From Clostridia bacterium (GTDB lineage Bacteria > Bacillota > Clostridia > TANB77 > CAG-465), in assembly GCA_045652705.1 (NCBI GenBank), contig JAZRUV010000029.1, positions 15,389 through 79,388 on the forward strand: 64,000 nt of DNA, in the 5' to 3' direction. The notes below the pieces were generated by a model, which saw nothing but the letters and a program-made list of their open reading frames with translations, did not search any database and had not been told where the DNA came from. This document shows, in pieces, positions 17,641 through 27,981 of the stretch (the first letter of the stretch is position 1; every line of letters starts with the position of its first letter). The translations under genes and the position numbers were made by a program.

Positions 17641-18120
17641 ATGACGGTTAATGCACTAAAACTTGCAAATGGTAATCCATATGCTGTGGCATATTTAAAA
17701 GGAGATAAAGATAATCCAAAATTGAAAGGTACAGTGGAATTTTTTCCATGGGCTACAGGTACAATAATTAAATTAGAGATAGTAGGCCTGCCAACAGGTA
17801 ATTTAAATAATTTCTTTGGGTTTCATATTCACGCAAATGGAGTTTGTGATGAGAATAAAAAGTTTGAAACAGCAGGTAGCCATTATGATATGGGAATGAA
17901 TATGCATCCAAATCACACGGGAGATTTACCTATGATATATTCAAATAATGGATATGCTTTTATGCTTTATTATACAAACAGATTTAAACCAGATGATATT
18001 ATAGGAAAGAGCGTTATAATACATAGAATGACAGATGATATGGTAACTCAACCATCAGGGAACTCAGGTGCAAGAATTGCATGTGGCGTAGTTATAAAAA
18101 GAAGATGGATGTTTGCATAA
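17641..18120 (+). CDS. sodC: Cu/Zn superoxide dismutase family protein (SodC-like)
   Basis: GFHIHANGVCD...HYDMGMNMHPNHTGDLP...GNSGARIACGVV copper/zinc ligand motifs; probable start at the ATG at 17641 (MTVNALK). Confidence 0.75.
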   Translation: MTVNALKLANGNPYAVAYLKGDKDNPKLKGTVEFFPWATGTIIKLEIVGLPTGNLNNFFGFHIHANGVCDENKKFETAGSHYDMGMNMHPNHTGDLPMIYSNNGYAFMLYYTNRFKPDDIIGKSVIIHRMTDDMVTQPSGNSGARIACGVVIKRRWMFA

Positions 18121-18138
18121 GATAAATATACTTTAAGA

Positions 18139-18170
18139 TAGAGGAGTAAAATCCTCTATTTTTGTTGTAA
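18139..18170 (+). terminator. Intrinsic terminator (tagaggagtaaaatcctctattttt)
   Basis: Stem tagagga/tcctcta followed by a T-tract. Confidence 0.6.
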
Positions 18171-18240
18171 AAGAAGGACAAGCTATTTATTTTTCATATT
18201 TTTAGTAGTATAATAACTACATAATTGAAAGGGAAAAAAT

Positions 18241-18795
18241 ATGAGAATAATTGCAGGAAAATATAGGGGAAGAAAACTACAAGAATTCAATGTAGAAACA
18301 ACAAGGCCTACGCTAGATAGAATAAAAGAACCGCTATTTTCAATACTTATGCCGTATATGGAAGGGGCAAGAGTCTTAGACTTGTTTAGTGGTACGGGAA
18401 ATCTAGGAATAGAAGCCCTGTCTCGTGGTGCTAAATTTTGTTGGTTAAATGATATAAATAAAAGCGCATTAAAGGTTATAATTAGCAATGTTAGATTGAC
18501 AGGATGTGAAAACTGTGTTAAAATAACTGGGAAAGAATATGAAAAATGTTTAAAACAAATTCATAATGAGGGTGAGAAGTTTGACGTTATATTTTTAGAC
18601 CCGCCATATAATGCGAATTATGAATCAAAGGTTTTAAATTTAATAGTAGAATATGACATTTTGGATAAAGGTGGAATTATTGTACTTGAGAGTGACAAAA
18701 GAAAACCAATAACTGAAAATATACCAGGGCTAAACCTTAAAGATGAAAGAACATACGGAAGAGTAATTATTAGGTTTTATGAGTTGGAGGAATAG
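18241..18795 (+). CDS. rsmD: 16S rRNA (guanine966-N2)-methyltransferase RsmD
   Basis: MRIIAGKYRGRKL...RPTLDRIKE...LDLFSGTGNLGIEALSRGA...DPPY. Confidence 0.85.
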   Translation: MRIIAGKYRGRKLQEFNVETTRPTLDRIKEPLFSILMPYMEGARVLDLFSGTGNLGIEALSRGAKFCWLNDINKSALKVIISNVRLTGCENCVKITGKEYEKCLKQIHNEGEKFDVIFLDPPYNANYESKVLNLIVEYDILDKGGIIVLESDKRKPITENIPGLNLKDERTYGRVIIRFYELEE

Positions 18796-18797
18796 AT

Positions 18798-19235
18798 ATG
18801 GAAATATTTACACTATTAGAAAATTTAGAAGAAATAATAGAATCAGGTACAAAAGTGCCACTATCTACAAAAGTTATGGTAGATAAAGAAGAGTTAAATG
18901 AAATTTTAGAAGAAATTCGTTTAAAATTACCAGATGAATTAAAACAAGCAAAATGGGTTAAAGAAGAAAGACAAAGAATTATAATGGATGCTCAAAAAGA
19001 AGCAGACCAAATAGTTAAAGAAACTGAAACTAAAATAATTTCTTTGGTTGACGACCACGAAATAACAAGACAAGCTTTAGCACAAAAGGAAGAGATAATA
19101 GAATCTGCAGATAAAGTTGCTCGTGAGATTACTACAGGTACTCGTGAGTACGCTGATGCTTTACTTGAAAGATTAGAAGAAATATTAAAAGAAGCTTTAA
19201 ATGTTGTGCATGACAACAGAAAAGAACTTAAATAA
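18798..19235 (+). CDS. Hypothetical acidic coiled-coil protein (in the position usually occupied by coaD)
   Basis: 145 aa, E/K-rich helical protein; no recognisable catalytic motif. Confidence 0.4.
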   Translation: MEIFTLLENLEEIIESGTKVPLSTKVMVDKEELNEILEEIRLKLPDELKQAKWVKEERQRIIMDAQKEADQIVKETETKIISLVDDHEITRQALAQKEEIIESADKVAREITTGTREYADALLERLEEILKEALNVVHDNRKELK

Positions 19236-19244
19236 GGGAGTATG

Positions 19245-19302
19245 GCTGTAAGTAGGTATTAGTGTATATATTTGCTAATAATAACTTACGGCCTTTTTTA
19301 AA
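19245..19302 (+). terminator. Intrinsic terminator (ggctgtaagt...acttacggcc then a T-tract)
   Basis: 10-bp stem with a long loop, followed by ttttttaa. Confidence 0.45.
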
Positions 19303-19316
19303 AGAGGTTATATACA

Positions 19317-21734
19317 ATGGGAAGAAGAAAAGGAAGTAAAAATAAAAAAAGAAAAGGTACTACTAGAACTAGTAGTACACAAAACACATTTATGACAGAA
19401 TTTTTAGGGGGTCTAACAGTCGTTTTAGGGTTAGCCCTCATTGTCATATTTAAATTCGATAATATGGGAGTGTTATCTCAGGGGATAAATAGTGTATTTA
19501 CAGGTCTATTAGGTGAAATGAGAATGATTTTACCTGTGATTTGCTTTTATGTGGGAGGAGCAACTATTATATCTAGTAAAAAGATAAAAATACTACCAGA
19601 GCTATTAAAGGGATTTGTAGTTGTAATGTTAATATCTGCCTGTGTATTTGCTTTTGACTTTGCACGTTATGATTTATGGACAAATCCAGCAGAGTTTGTA
19701 GATAGCACATATAATGGCGCGCTTCGTGGTGAAAACATAGCAGGAATTTTAGGTGGAATAATAGCAAACGTTACATATCTTACAGGAGATATATTATCTA
19801 AAATTATACTTATAACGTTTACGCTATTCTTTACCCTGTATTTTATAAACTTGGGTTTAAGAGACTTCTTTGCAATTATATATAATATAATAATTGCAAT
19901 AGTAGAATTCTTTGCAAATATCTTTGTTACAGTGTTTAGCACTGATGAAGAGAAGATTAAAAAGCGTGAATTAAAAATAAAAGAACGTGAAAAAGCAAAA
20001 AGAGAAAAAGAAATTGAGAAAATACATAAAATCGATGAACAAAGAGCAAAAGCAGTAGAAAGAAAATATGAAAACATTAAAGATGATGACGGTCAACTTA
20101 GAGTAGACTTGAATTCTGAACAAGAAACGGCACAAAGAAAAGAGAAGCTAAAAGACCTTCAAGATGAATTCTTTAAAAAGCAAAAAGATGTTGAAGAAGA
20201 TAAAAACGTAAAACAAGTACTTCAACTAGACCACTCTCAGCACGAGGAAGATGATGCGGATTATAATTTCCCACCAATAAGCTTGCTTCAAGACCCAGCA
20301 CCACAAGGTAAGGTGGCAACACGTCGTCAACTTGATCAAATTGCAGATAAACTAGAAAAAACATTACTTAGCTTTGGAGTAGAAGCAAAAGTTACAAATA
20401 TTACACGTGGACCTACAGTTGTACGTTACGAGCTTACTCCAGCTGTTGGTGTTAAGGTAAGTAAAATAGTTAACCTTGCCGATGATATAGCACTTAACTT
20501 AGCTGCCAAGTCAATAAGAATAGAAGCTCCAATACCAGGTAAAGGAACAGTTGGTATTGAAGTGCCAAATGAGACTAAAGAGGCAGTGTACATCAAAGAT
20601 GTAATTTCATCAGATAAATTTAAAAAAGCTGAATCTAAACTTGCTTTTGCACTTGGTAAAGATACATCTGGTGATGTAACAATGGGAGATATTGCAAAAA
20701 TGCCTCACGTACTTGTTGCTGGTGCAACTGGTTCAGGTAAGAGTGTATGTATAAATGCAATACTTACTTCCATACTATATAAAGCGAAACCTAGTGAAGT
20801 AAAATTAATATTAATAGACCCTAAAATGGTTGAACTTTCAGGATATAACGGAATACCACATCTTTTAATACCAGTTGTAACTGACCCTAAAAAAGCAGCA
20901 GGTGCTCTTGACTGGGCAGTAAATGAAATGGAAGCAAGATATGCTAAATTTGCTGAAGCTGGTGTTAAAGAAATAAAAGGATATAATAAGTTAATGGAAC
21001 GTGATGCAAGTGGCAAACGTCTTCCACAGATTGTTATAGTAATAGATGAACTTGCAGACCTTATGATGGTTGCGGCAAATGATGTTGAAACAAGTATTTG
21101 TAGAATAGCACAAAAAGCAAGAGCTGCAGGAATGCATTTAGTTATTGCAACACAAAGACCATCTGTAGATGTAATTACTGGTGTAATTAAAGCAAATATA
21201 CCATCAAGAATTGCATTTACTGTATCTTCTCAAGTTGACTCAAGAACAATTCTTGACCAAGTAGGAGCAGAAACCCTTCTTGGAAAAGGAGACATGTTAT
21301 ACTTCCCAACAGGAGAAATGAAACCACAAAGAATGCAAGGTGCATTTGTTTCAGAATCTGAAGTTGAAAATATAGTAACATTTATAAAAGGAAGTTCAGA
21401 GGTAAAATATAACGAAGATATAATAGAACACATAGAAAAACAAGGAAAAGTAAACAAGGGTGTAGAAGACCCTGAAGCAGAAGATGATGACGCAGATGCA
21501 CTTTTAGATGCGGCCATTGAACTTGTAGTGGATATGGGTCAAGCCTCAGCATCAATGCTACAAAGAAGATTTAAAATAGGATATTCAAGAGCAGGAAGAA
21601 TAGTTGACCAAATGGAAGCTAGAGGTATAGTTTCTGGATATGAAGGTTCTAAGCCACGTCAAGTATTAATTTCTAAAGAAGAATGGGAAGAACTAAAAAT
21701 GGGACCTGCTATAAATACGAATGAGGGGGAATAG
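19317..21734 (+). CDS. ftsK: DNA translocase FtsK/SpoIIIE
   Basis: N-terminal 4-5 TM helices, K/E-rich linker, motor domain [15 protein letters not shown]...[12 protein letters not shown]-terminal gamma winged helix. Confidence 0.9.
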   Translation: MGRRKGSKNKKRKGTTRTSSTQNTFMTEFLGGLTVVLGLALIVIFKFDNMGVLSQGINSVFTGLLGEMRMILPVICFYVGGATIISSKKIKILPELLKGFVVVMLISACVFAFDFARYDLWTNPAEFVDSTYNGALRGENIAGILGGIIANVTYLTGDILSKIILITFTLFFTLYFINLGLRDFFAIIYNIIIAIVEFFANIFVTVFSTDEEKIKKRELKIKEREKAKREKEIEKIHKIDEQRAKAVERKYENIKDDDGQLRVDLNSEQETAQRKEKLKDLQDEFFKKQKDVEEDKNVKQVLQLDHSQHEEDDADYNFPPISLLQDPAPQGKVATRRQLDQIADKLEKTLLSFGVEAKVTNITRGPTVVRYELTPAVGVKVSKIVNLADDIALNLAAKSIRIEAPIPGKGTVGIEVPNETKEAVYIKDVISSDKFKKAESKLAFALGKDTSGDVTMGDIAKMPHVLVAGATGSGKSVCINAILTSILYKAKPSEVKLILIDPKMVELSGYNGIPHLLIPVVTDPKKAAGALDWAVNEMEARYAKFAEAGVKEIKGYNKLMERDASGKRLPQIVIVIDELADLMMVAANDVETSICRIAQKARAAGMHLVIATQRPSVDVITGVIKANIPSRIAFTVSSQVDSRTILDQVGAETLLGKGDMLYFPTGEMKPQRMQGAFVSESEVENIVTFIKGSSEVKYNEDIIEHIEKQGKVNKGVEDPEAEDDDADALLDAAIELVVDMGQASASMLQRRFKIGYSRAGRIVDQMEARGIVSGYEGSKPRQVLISKEEWEELKMGPAINTNEGE

Positions 21735-21737
21735 AAA

Positions 21738-22355
21738 ATGGGATTTTTTGATAGATTTAAGAAAAAGGAAGAACCAAAGGTTGAAGAGCAAAGAAAGCAA
21801 CCATTAACAATACAATATCGTGATGGCACAGTTGCTGAAGTTAATTTTAATGGACTTTGCGAGGTAGATGGCAAGACAGTTCATTCTGTAAGTGTAATGT
21901 ATACAGATAAAGATAATGGCTTCACAAGCAGAAGTTTATTACTTGAACCAATAATTGTAGCCGGAGATAATGGGATAGATGTAGATGCTACAGAGAGATA
22001 TTATAAATCTATGGCTGAAAGAGATGGTACACAAGAAGCTAGTGCAAGATATGGTGTACTTAAAGGTTTCTTTAAAAAAGAAGAAATTACTGAACAAAAA
22101 ATGGGAAGTAATTATATAGGTCGTGTTTCTAAAAAAGAGAGCGGAGAGTATTTTAGAGATTTTGACGAAAGTTTTAGAAATAGATGTATTGCTAGAACAA
22201 GAGCAGAAAATCAGGCACGAGAACAAGCTAGAGTTCAAAGAGAAGATGCGTTTATGGATAATTTAAGACAGCAAGTAGAAAGTAGACCAGTTAATATTAA
22301 AACATCTCACGCAGAACATTTGACCCCGGAAAAAAGTCCTTTTGAGGGGAGATAA
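21738..22355 (+). CDS. Hypothetical protein
   Basis: 205 aa ORF with RBS gagggggaa; no recognised domain. Confidence 0.4.
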   Translation: MGFFDRFKKKEEPKVEEQRKQPLTIQYRDGTVAEVNFNGLCEVDGKTVHSVSVMYTDKDNGFTSRSLLLEPIIVAGDNGIDVDATERYYKSMAERDGTQEASARYGVLKGFFKKEEITEQKMGSNYIGRVSKKESGEYFRDFDESFRNRCIARTRAENQAREQARVQREDAFMDNLRQQVESRPVNIKTSHAEHLTPEKSPFEGR

Positions 22356-22373
22356 AATATTAGGAGGAAACGA

Positions 22374-24020
22374 ATGAAAATAACATTTTTTGGAGCAGCA
22401 AGAGGTGTAACAGGTTCGTGTCATATGATAGAAGCCGCAGGTAAAAAGTTTTTAATAGACTGCGGCCTTTATCAAGGAACATTAACAGAACAAATATTAA
22501 ATTATGAACCATTTCCATTTGATGTAAATGAAATAGACTTTGTTATACTTTCACATGCACATATTGACCATAGCGGAAGAATACCAAAGTTATTTGTAAA
22601 TGGATATAATAAACCTGTTTATTCAACTCATGCAACAAGAGATTTGTGTACAGTAATGCTACCAGATAGTGGTCACATTCAAGAAAAAGAAATAGAGTGG
22701 GTAAACAGAAAAAGAATGAGAGCAGGTAAAAAACCAGAACCAGCAATGTATACAGCAAAGGATGGTTTAGATAGCTGCAATTTATTTGAACCTATAGAAT
22801 ATGGAAAGATTAAAGTTATAGATGAAAATATCTCATTCAAATTTATAGATGCAGGACACATGTTAGGTTCAGCTATAGTAGAAATTTGGATTAAAGAAGG
22901 AGAAAAAACAGAGAAAATAGTATTTTCTGGGGACCTTGGTAATGAAGAAAATCCAATAATACGTAGTCCGGAACAGGTAGAGGATGCAGATTATCTAGTG
23001 CTAGAATCTACATATGGGGATAGACTTCATGGTTCAATAGAAGACCAATCAAAAGAGTTTATTGAAATAATTTTAGAGACTATAAAACGTGGTGGTAATG
23101 TTGTAATACCGTCATTTGCTGTGGGTAGAACACAGGAAATACTATTTGAACTAAACCAATATGTATCTAAAAATCTAGATAATGGTAAGTATATAGAAGA
23201 ATTAGCGCATGTACCTGTTGTTGTAGATAGTCCTTTGGCAAGAAACGCAACAGAAATATTTGAAGATAATTTTGACTGTTATAACGAAGATGCGTTAAGT
23301 TATCTTTTAACAGGAGATAACCCTATAGGATTTAGAAATTTGAGATTTACAGCATCTGCAGATGAATCCAAAGCAATTAATGATGACCCTACACCAAAGA
23401 TTATAATATCTGCAAGTGGAATGTGTGAGGCTGGTAGAATAAAGCATCACTTAAAACATAACTTATGGAGACCAGAATCAACAATATTGTTTGTTGGTTA
23501 CCAAGCAGAAGGAACTTTAGGTAGAAGAATTTTATCTGGTGAAAAAACAGTAAAAATATTTGGTGAAGAAATTGGAGTACATGCTGAAATTAGGAAACTA
23601 AATGCTTTCTCAGGTCATGCAGACCAAAACGGATTATTGGATTTTGTTGACGGATTTACTAAAAAGCCAAAAAGAATATTTCTAGTACACGGTGAATACG
23701 AGGGACAACAAGTATTAGCTGAGGTTATTAAGAATAGATTTGGAATAGATACAGTAATACCAGAAAGGTCAGAGAAATATTACCTTGGCGATGAAAAGTT
23801 TGAAAAAGCAAGCTATAATCTTCGTGAAACAAATCTAAGATTAGATATATATGAAATGCTTACATATTTAAAACAAGATATGGAGCAATTATCTAAAGTT
23901 GTGAAATTTGATGTAAAACAAAATATTACTGAAGAAGAATTGTTTGAAATAAAAATAAGGCTGGAAGGATTAAGAGGCGAGATGAACAAAATAAAAAACA
24001 GAGAAAAGGTGGAAGGATAG
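22374..24020 (+). CDS. MBL-fold beta-CASP family ribonuclease (RNase J / CPSF-like)
   Basis: HAHIDHSGRIP (HxHxDH) metallo-beta-lactamase motif, beta-CASP region with ESTYGDR...H, C-terminal RNA-metabolising extension. Confidence 0.75.
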   Translation: MKITFFGAARGVTGSCHMIEAAGKKFLIDCGLYQGTLTEQILNYEPFPFDVNEIDFVILSHAHIDHSGRIPKLFVNGYNKPVYSTHATRDLCTVMLPDSGHIQEKEIEWVNRKRMRAGKKPEPAMYTAKDGLDSCNLFEPIEYGKIKVIDENISFKFIDAGHMLGSAIVEIWIKEGEKTEKIVFSGDLGNEENPIIRSPEQVEDADYLVLESTYGDRLHGSIEDQSKEFIEIILETIKRGGNVVIPSFAVGRTQEILFELNQYVSKNLDNGKYIEELAHVPVVVDSPLARNATEIFEDNFDCYNEDALSYLLTGDNPIGFRNLRFTASADESKAINDDPTPKIIISASGMCEAGRIKHHLKHNLWRPESTILFVGYQAEGTLGRRILSGEKTVKIFGEEIGVHAEIRKLNAFSGHADQNGLLDFVDGFTKKPKRIFLVHGEYEGQQVLAEVIKNRFGIDTVIPERSEKYYLGDEKFEKASYNLRETNLRLDIYEMLTYLKQDMEQLSKVVKFDVKQNITEEELFEIKIRLEGLRGEMNKIKNREKVEG

Positions 24021-25064
24021 ATGGTAGAATTACTAATATTAATTCTTCTTACTGGCGTTAATGCAATGCTTGCAATGGCTGAAGTTGCTTATCTTTCTGT
24101 AAATAAAAGTAAAGTAGCACTCCATGCAAAAAGAGGAGATAAAAAGGCGATAAGAGTGCAAAAAATATTAGATAACTCTAGTACAGTTCTTGCAACAATA
24201 CAAATAGGAATAACTTTTGCTGGCTTTTTTGCAAGTGCTTTTGCGGCAGATTCTTATGCGGATGCTATAGTAGCTAAGCTTATGTTTTTAGAAATAGACA
24301 TTGAAGTCTTAAGGTCAATTGTTGTAGTACTTATAACGGTAATACTCTCTTTCTTTAATTTAGTGTTAGGTGAGTTATTTCCTAAAAACATAGCAATTTA
24401 TCATCCGGAAAAAATAACGTATTTGATGGCAGGAGTTTTAAATATAATGTCTAAAATCTTCTATCCATTTGTATGGATACTTACAAAATCTACAAATCTA
24501 CTTTGTAAAATATTTAAGGTAAAAGCAGATTCAAAAGAAAAGATAACAGAGGAAGATATAAAGTTGCTTATACTTGAAGGTTACAAAGAAGGTACAATAG
24601 AAAAGGATGAGAAAAACTACATATATAACGTATTTTCTTTTAATGATAAAAAGATAAAAGAGATTATGATAAAAAAAGAAAATATTATAGCGTTAAATGT
24701 AGATAGTGATACAAAGAAGATATTAGATACTATAAAAAAGTCTAAACGTTCTAGAATACCAGTATATTTTGAAACAATAGACAATATTATAGGAATACTT
24801 AACATTAAAGATTTACTTGTATCTCACGCTAATAAAGAAACCATACAACTTAAGGATATATTAAGAGAACCTTTCTATGTATCTGAAAATGATATTATAG
24901 ATGATGTATTTAAATATATGCAGCATGAACAACAAGGTTTGCTTATAGTGCATGATGAACATCATAAAGTTGTAGGACTTGTTACAATGGAGGATATAGT
25001 AGAAGAAATTGTAGGCGAGATTTATGATGAGTATGAAGAAAATAGTGAGAATAAAAAAGAATAA
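24021..25064 (+). CDS. HlyC/CorC-family transporter (CNNM/DUF21 TM domain with a CBS pair)
   Basis: N-terminal DUF21 (LLILILLTGVNAMLAMAEVAYLSV), tandem CBS domains, C-terminal acidic tail. Confidence 0.8.
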   Translation: MVELLILILLTGVNAMLAMAEVAYLSVNKSKVALHAKRGDKKAIRVQKILDNSSTVLATIQIGITFAGFFASAFAADSYADAIVAKLMFLEIDIEVLRSIVVVLITVILSFFNLVLGELFPKNIAIYHPEKITYLMAGVLNIMSKIFYPFVWILTKSTNLLCKIFKVKADSKEKITEEDIKLLILEGYKEGTIEKDEKNYIYNVFSFNDKKIKEIMIKKENIIALNVDSDTKKILDTIKKSKRSRIPVYFETIDNIIGILNIKDLLVSHANKETIQLKDILREPFYVSENDIIDDVFKYMQHEQQGLLIVHDEHHKVVGLVTMEDIVEEIVGEIYDEYEENSENKKE

Positions 25065-25163
25065 ACTCATATGAAGATTTTGGGGAGACTCAAGTCTTCT
25101 GTTTTATTGTGGTTTAGAGCTATTTAATATATTAAAATAATATGAAAATTTTGCCATTTTGCA

Positions 25164-25192
25164 TTGAAAATATACGAATTGTGTTATATAAT
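25164..25192 (+). promoter_or_regulatory. sigma-A promoter: -35 TTGAAA (25164-25169), 17 nt, -10 TATAAT (25187-25192)
   Basis: Consensus elements; drives the leader that contains the small peptide ORF. Confidence 0.5.
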
Positions 25193-25252
25193 ACGCTTGT
25201 AGGGAACATCGGTTGTTGAGTGTCTGCCTCTATTCTATATAAGGAAGGAGGC

Positions 25253-25354
25253 ATGGTAGTAATGAATAAAAGAGTTTTCGTTTTGAAAGTTCTTCGATAC
25301 ATTGTTATCATATTATTCTTTCTTACCTCTTTGGTAATCGAGATTAAAAAATGA
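25253..25354 (+). CDS. Candidate 33-aa hydrophobic peptide (MVVMNKRVFVLKVLRYIVIILFFLTSLVIEIKK); possible type I toxin-like small membrane peptide
   Basis: Strong RBS aaggaaggagg 6 nt upstream; basic N-terminus, single TM, charged C-terminus; lies between the 9-nt complementary segments agggaacat (25201-25209) and atgttccct (25426-25434). Confidence 0.3.
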   Translation: MVVMNKRVFVLKVLRYIVIILFFLTSLVIEIKK

Positions 25355-25355
25355 C

Positions 25356-25384
25356 ACTCATTTTTGCATAAATGAGTGCGTTAC
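25356..25384 (-). terminator. Hairpin cactcattt/aaatgagtg followed on the minus strand by a T-tract; likely the terminator of the 25492-25857 gene, overlapping the 3' end of the small peptide ORF
   Basis: Perfect 9-bp stem; the reverse complement reads ...aaatgagtgtcattttttaatc. Confidence 0.45.
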
Positions 25385-25491
25385 CTTAAATTTATTCGGG
25401 TAGACATTCAATACGCGAAACTGAATGTTCCCTATATTTTATATATTCATAATAACATATATATGTGAATTTGTCAAACAAATTATATAAA

Positions 25492-25857
25492 TTAATCTTC
25501 GTTAGGAATAAAGTAATCAATTACACCATATATTAAAGCTGCTATAATACTACTTAATACGGAAATGTAATACCCTGATACTATAAACTGAGTCATATAT
25601 ATTATGACAGTTGCAGCTACAAATCCAACAATTCCACGGCCTGTTGGACTATCGTGAATGCCTGTTACGGTAGCTACTAAATAATCTAGTATTACTATAG
25701 TAAATGCTGCAAGAAGTAGTGTGGGAAATGACTCAAAATTAAAATTTGGTGCAAAGAGTGCTGTTGTTCCAAGGATTGCAATAGATGTTATATATCTAAT
25801 TATTAATTGTTTCATTCTAAGTAAATTTAATTCTTTTGTGTTTTCCATTAAAAACAT
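25492..25857 (-). CDS. Polytopic membrane protein (hypothetical)
   Basis: 121 aa, four hydrophobic helices; RBS ggagatg upstream on the minus strand. Confidence 0.5.
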   Translation of the reverse strand: MFLMENTKELNLLRMKQLIIRYITSIAILGTTALFAPNFNFESFPTLLLAAFTIVILDYLVATVTGIHDSPTGRGIVGFVAATVIIYMTQFIVSGYYISVLSSIIAALIYGVIDYFIPNED

Positions 25858-25924
25858 CTCCTTTTTTGTATTATTTGTATATTTGAATTAAATATGCAAA
25901 AAATAATTTTATGGAGGTAAAAAA

Positions 25925-26563
25925 ATGTTAGTAGTTTTTTTTAGAGCATTAATACTTTTTGCGGTGGTCTTTATAGTTATACGTTTAATGGGAAAGAGAG
26001 AACTTTCAAAAGTGCAACCTTTTGAACTAGCAATTATAGTTATGATTTCTGACCTTGCGTCAGCTCCTATGCAATCAAGAGATACTCAAATTTTTTCAGG
26101 AATAATACCGATTGTTGTACTACTTATTGTATATGGAATATTTACAATTTTGATACAATCAAGTAACAAAGTGGAGAATGCAATTTGTGGTAGTCCAAGT
26201 CTAGTTGTTTTTAAAGGTAAAATATTAGAAGAAGAGCTAAGGAAACAGCAACTTACTGTTGAAGAATTAATGGCGCAACTAAGAGAAAAAGATATATACA
26301 AAGTGCAAGATACTGCTTATGCTCTTCTTGAAACTAATGGAACATTAAATGCGGTAAAGATTAGCGATGCAGTAGGACAAATGCCTTTAAATGTAATAAG
26401 TGATGGCGAGTTTTTAGAGAATAATTTAAAAATATTAGAATTAAATAAAGCTGATGTTGAAAAGCAAATGAAAAAATATAACTTGAAGTTAAAGGAAATA
26501 TTGGTAGGAACTATAGACGAGAAAGGTAAATTTGTCTTCCAAAAGAAGGAGGAGAAAAAATGA
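25925..26563 (+). CDS. DUF421 (YetF-like) membrane protein
   Basis: N-terminal TM helices MLVVFFRALILFAVVFIVIRLMGKRELSKVQPFELAIIVMISDLAS are typical of DUF421, with a C-terminal soluble domain. Confidence 0.7.
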   Translation: MLVVFFRALILFAVVFIVIRLMGKRELSKVQPFELAIIVMISDLASAPMQSRDTQIFSGIIPIVVLLIVYGIFTILIQSSNKVENAICGSPSLVVFKGKILEEELRKQQLTVEELMAQLREKDIYKVQDTAYALLETNGTLNAVKISDAVGQMPLNVISDGEFLENNLKILELNKADVEKQMKKYNLKLKEILVGTIDEKGKFVFQKKEEKK

Positions 26564-26940
26564 AGCAATACATAATTATTGGTGTAGCACTGCTTATTAT
26601 TATCTTACTCAATTTTTGGCAGTCAAGTTACCTAAAAGAGACAAGTATGTATATACTTGCAGACATAAATGAAATAGATAATAGCGTAAAAAGGCTGGAT
26701 TTTGATGCGGCTTTAAGTGGTGCATATGAACTTGAAAAAACGTGGAAGAATGTACAACATATATGGGATATTTTTGGTGAACATAATGATGTAGAACGCG
26801 TAACAGAACATATTGATAGTATTAAAGTTTATACAAAATATGAAGATAAGGAAGAATTAGTAAATGAATATACTTTGCTTGAAGGATTAATTAATCATAT
26901 AATAGATGCAGAACAAGTCAATATTGGCAATATATTATAA
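26560..26940 (+). CDS. DUF4363-like small membrane-anchored protein (usual partner of DUF421)
   Basis: N-terminal TM then an alpha-helical domain; translationally coupled (ATGA overlap) to the DUF421 gene. Confidence 0.55.
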   Translation: MKQYIIIGVALLIIILLNFWQSSYLKETSMYILADINEIDNSVKRLDFDAALSGAYELEKTWKNVQHIWDIFGEHNDVERVTEHIDSIKVYTKYEDKEELVNEYTLLEGLINHIIDAEQVNIGNIL

Positions 26941-26941
26941 T

Positions 26942-26978
26942 AAAGTAATGTGAAATAAATAATTTACACATTACTTTA
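26942..26978. terminator. Bidirectional terminator (aaagtaatgtg...cacattacttt)
   Basis: 11-bp perfect stem between convergent genes, flanked by A and T runs. Confidence 0.55.
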
Positions 26979-26995
26979 TGCTAAATATATATTTA

Positions 26996-27856
26996 TTATT
27001 TTAAAAGTTCACTTTTTAAAAGTTCGTGAGTATCTTCTAAAACAGAAGTTAAAGGAAGACGACATGTACCTACATCAAAGCCTAAAATGTTTAGTGCATC
27101 TTTAACAGGCATAGGATTTACTTCTTTAAATAGTAACTTAATAAACTCAGCATATTTAAGTTGTAAATCTTTTGCATATTTTACATCACCACTTATATAT
27201 GCTTTACACATAGTGTGAACATCTTTTGGGAATACGTTAGACAAAACAGAGATTACACCAGTACCGCCCAAAGATAAAAGTGGAATTATAGTATCATCAT
27301 TTCCAGATATAACTGAAAAAGTAGCTGGCACTTTAGAGATAAGTTCCAATATTTGTGAAAAATTATTAGAAGCTTCTTTTATACCAGCAATATTTTCATG
27401 TTCTGCAAGTTTTGCAACTGTATCTGGTAATATATTAAGCCCTGTTCTTGATGGCACATTGTATATTATAATTGGAATAGTAACGCTATCCGCAATAGCC
27501 GTGTAATGTTCTATAAGCCCTTTTTGAGTAGTTTTATTGTAATAGGGTGTAACAATAAGTAATCCATCAGCACCGACTCTTTCGGCATATTTAGAAAGCT
27601 CAATAGAGTGCCTAGTATCATTTGAACCTGTTCCGGCAATTACCGGTACACGGCCATTAACAGTTTCGACAGTATATTTAATTACCTTTTTCTTTTCTTT
27701 ATCTGTTAAGCTAGAACTTTCGCCGGTAGTTCCGCATATTACAATTCCATCAATATCATTTGTAATTTGGAATTCAATAAGTTCACCTAGTTTTTCGTAA
27801 TTTACTTTTCCATTTTTAAATGGAGTAACAATGGCAGTATATGCTCCGCAAATCAT
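26996..27856 (-). CDS. dapA: 4-hydroxy-tetrahydrodipicolinate synthase
   Basis: AIVTPF...GIVICGTTGESSSLT...IAGTGSNDT...Y..P class I aldolase/DapA motifs. Confidence 0.85.
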   Translation of the reverse strand: MICGAYTAIVTPFKNGKVNYEKLGELIEFQITNDIDGIVICGTTGESSSLTDKEKKKVIKYTVETVNGRVPVIAGTGSNDTRHSIELSKYAERVGADGLLIVTPYYNKTTQKGLIEHYTAIADSVTIPIIIYNVPSRTGLNILPDTVAKLAEHENIAGIKEASNNFSQILELISKVPATFSVISGNDDTIIPLLSLGGTGVISVLSNVFPKDVHTMCKAYISGDVKYAKDLQLKYAEFIKLLFKEVNPMPVKDALNILGFDVGTCRLPLTSVLEDTHELLKSELLK

Positions 27857-27981
27857 AATTATCTACCTCCATACATATATATATTTTATGTAAAAAATAT
27901 TTTGTTGTTAATTTGTTGAATATTTTTTTACATATTACACACAATATGTTTGAACAAATAATTTTTTAAGGAGGTATGAAT

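Noticed and set aside
18183-18488. 101-aa minus-strand ORF
   Set aside because: It overlaps the rsmD start and its promoter region in antisense; hydrophobic low-complexity translation, spurious.
27857-27981. L-box (lysine) riboswitch upstream of dapA
   Set aside because: The divergent intergenic region is only about 120 nt and AT-rich, too short for the roughly 180-nt L-box, and no conserved L-box helices were seen.
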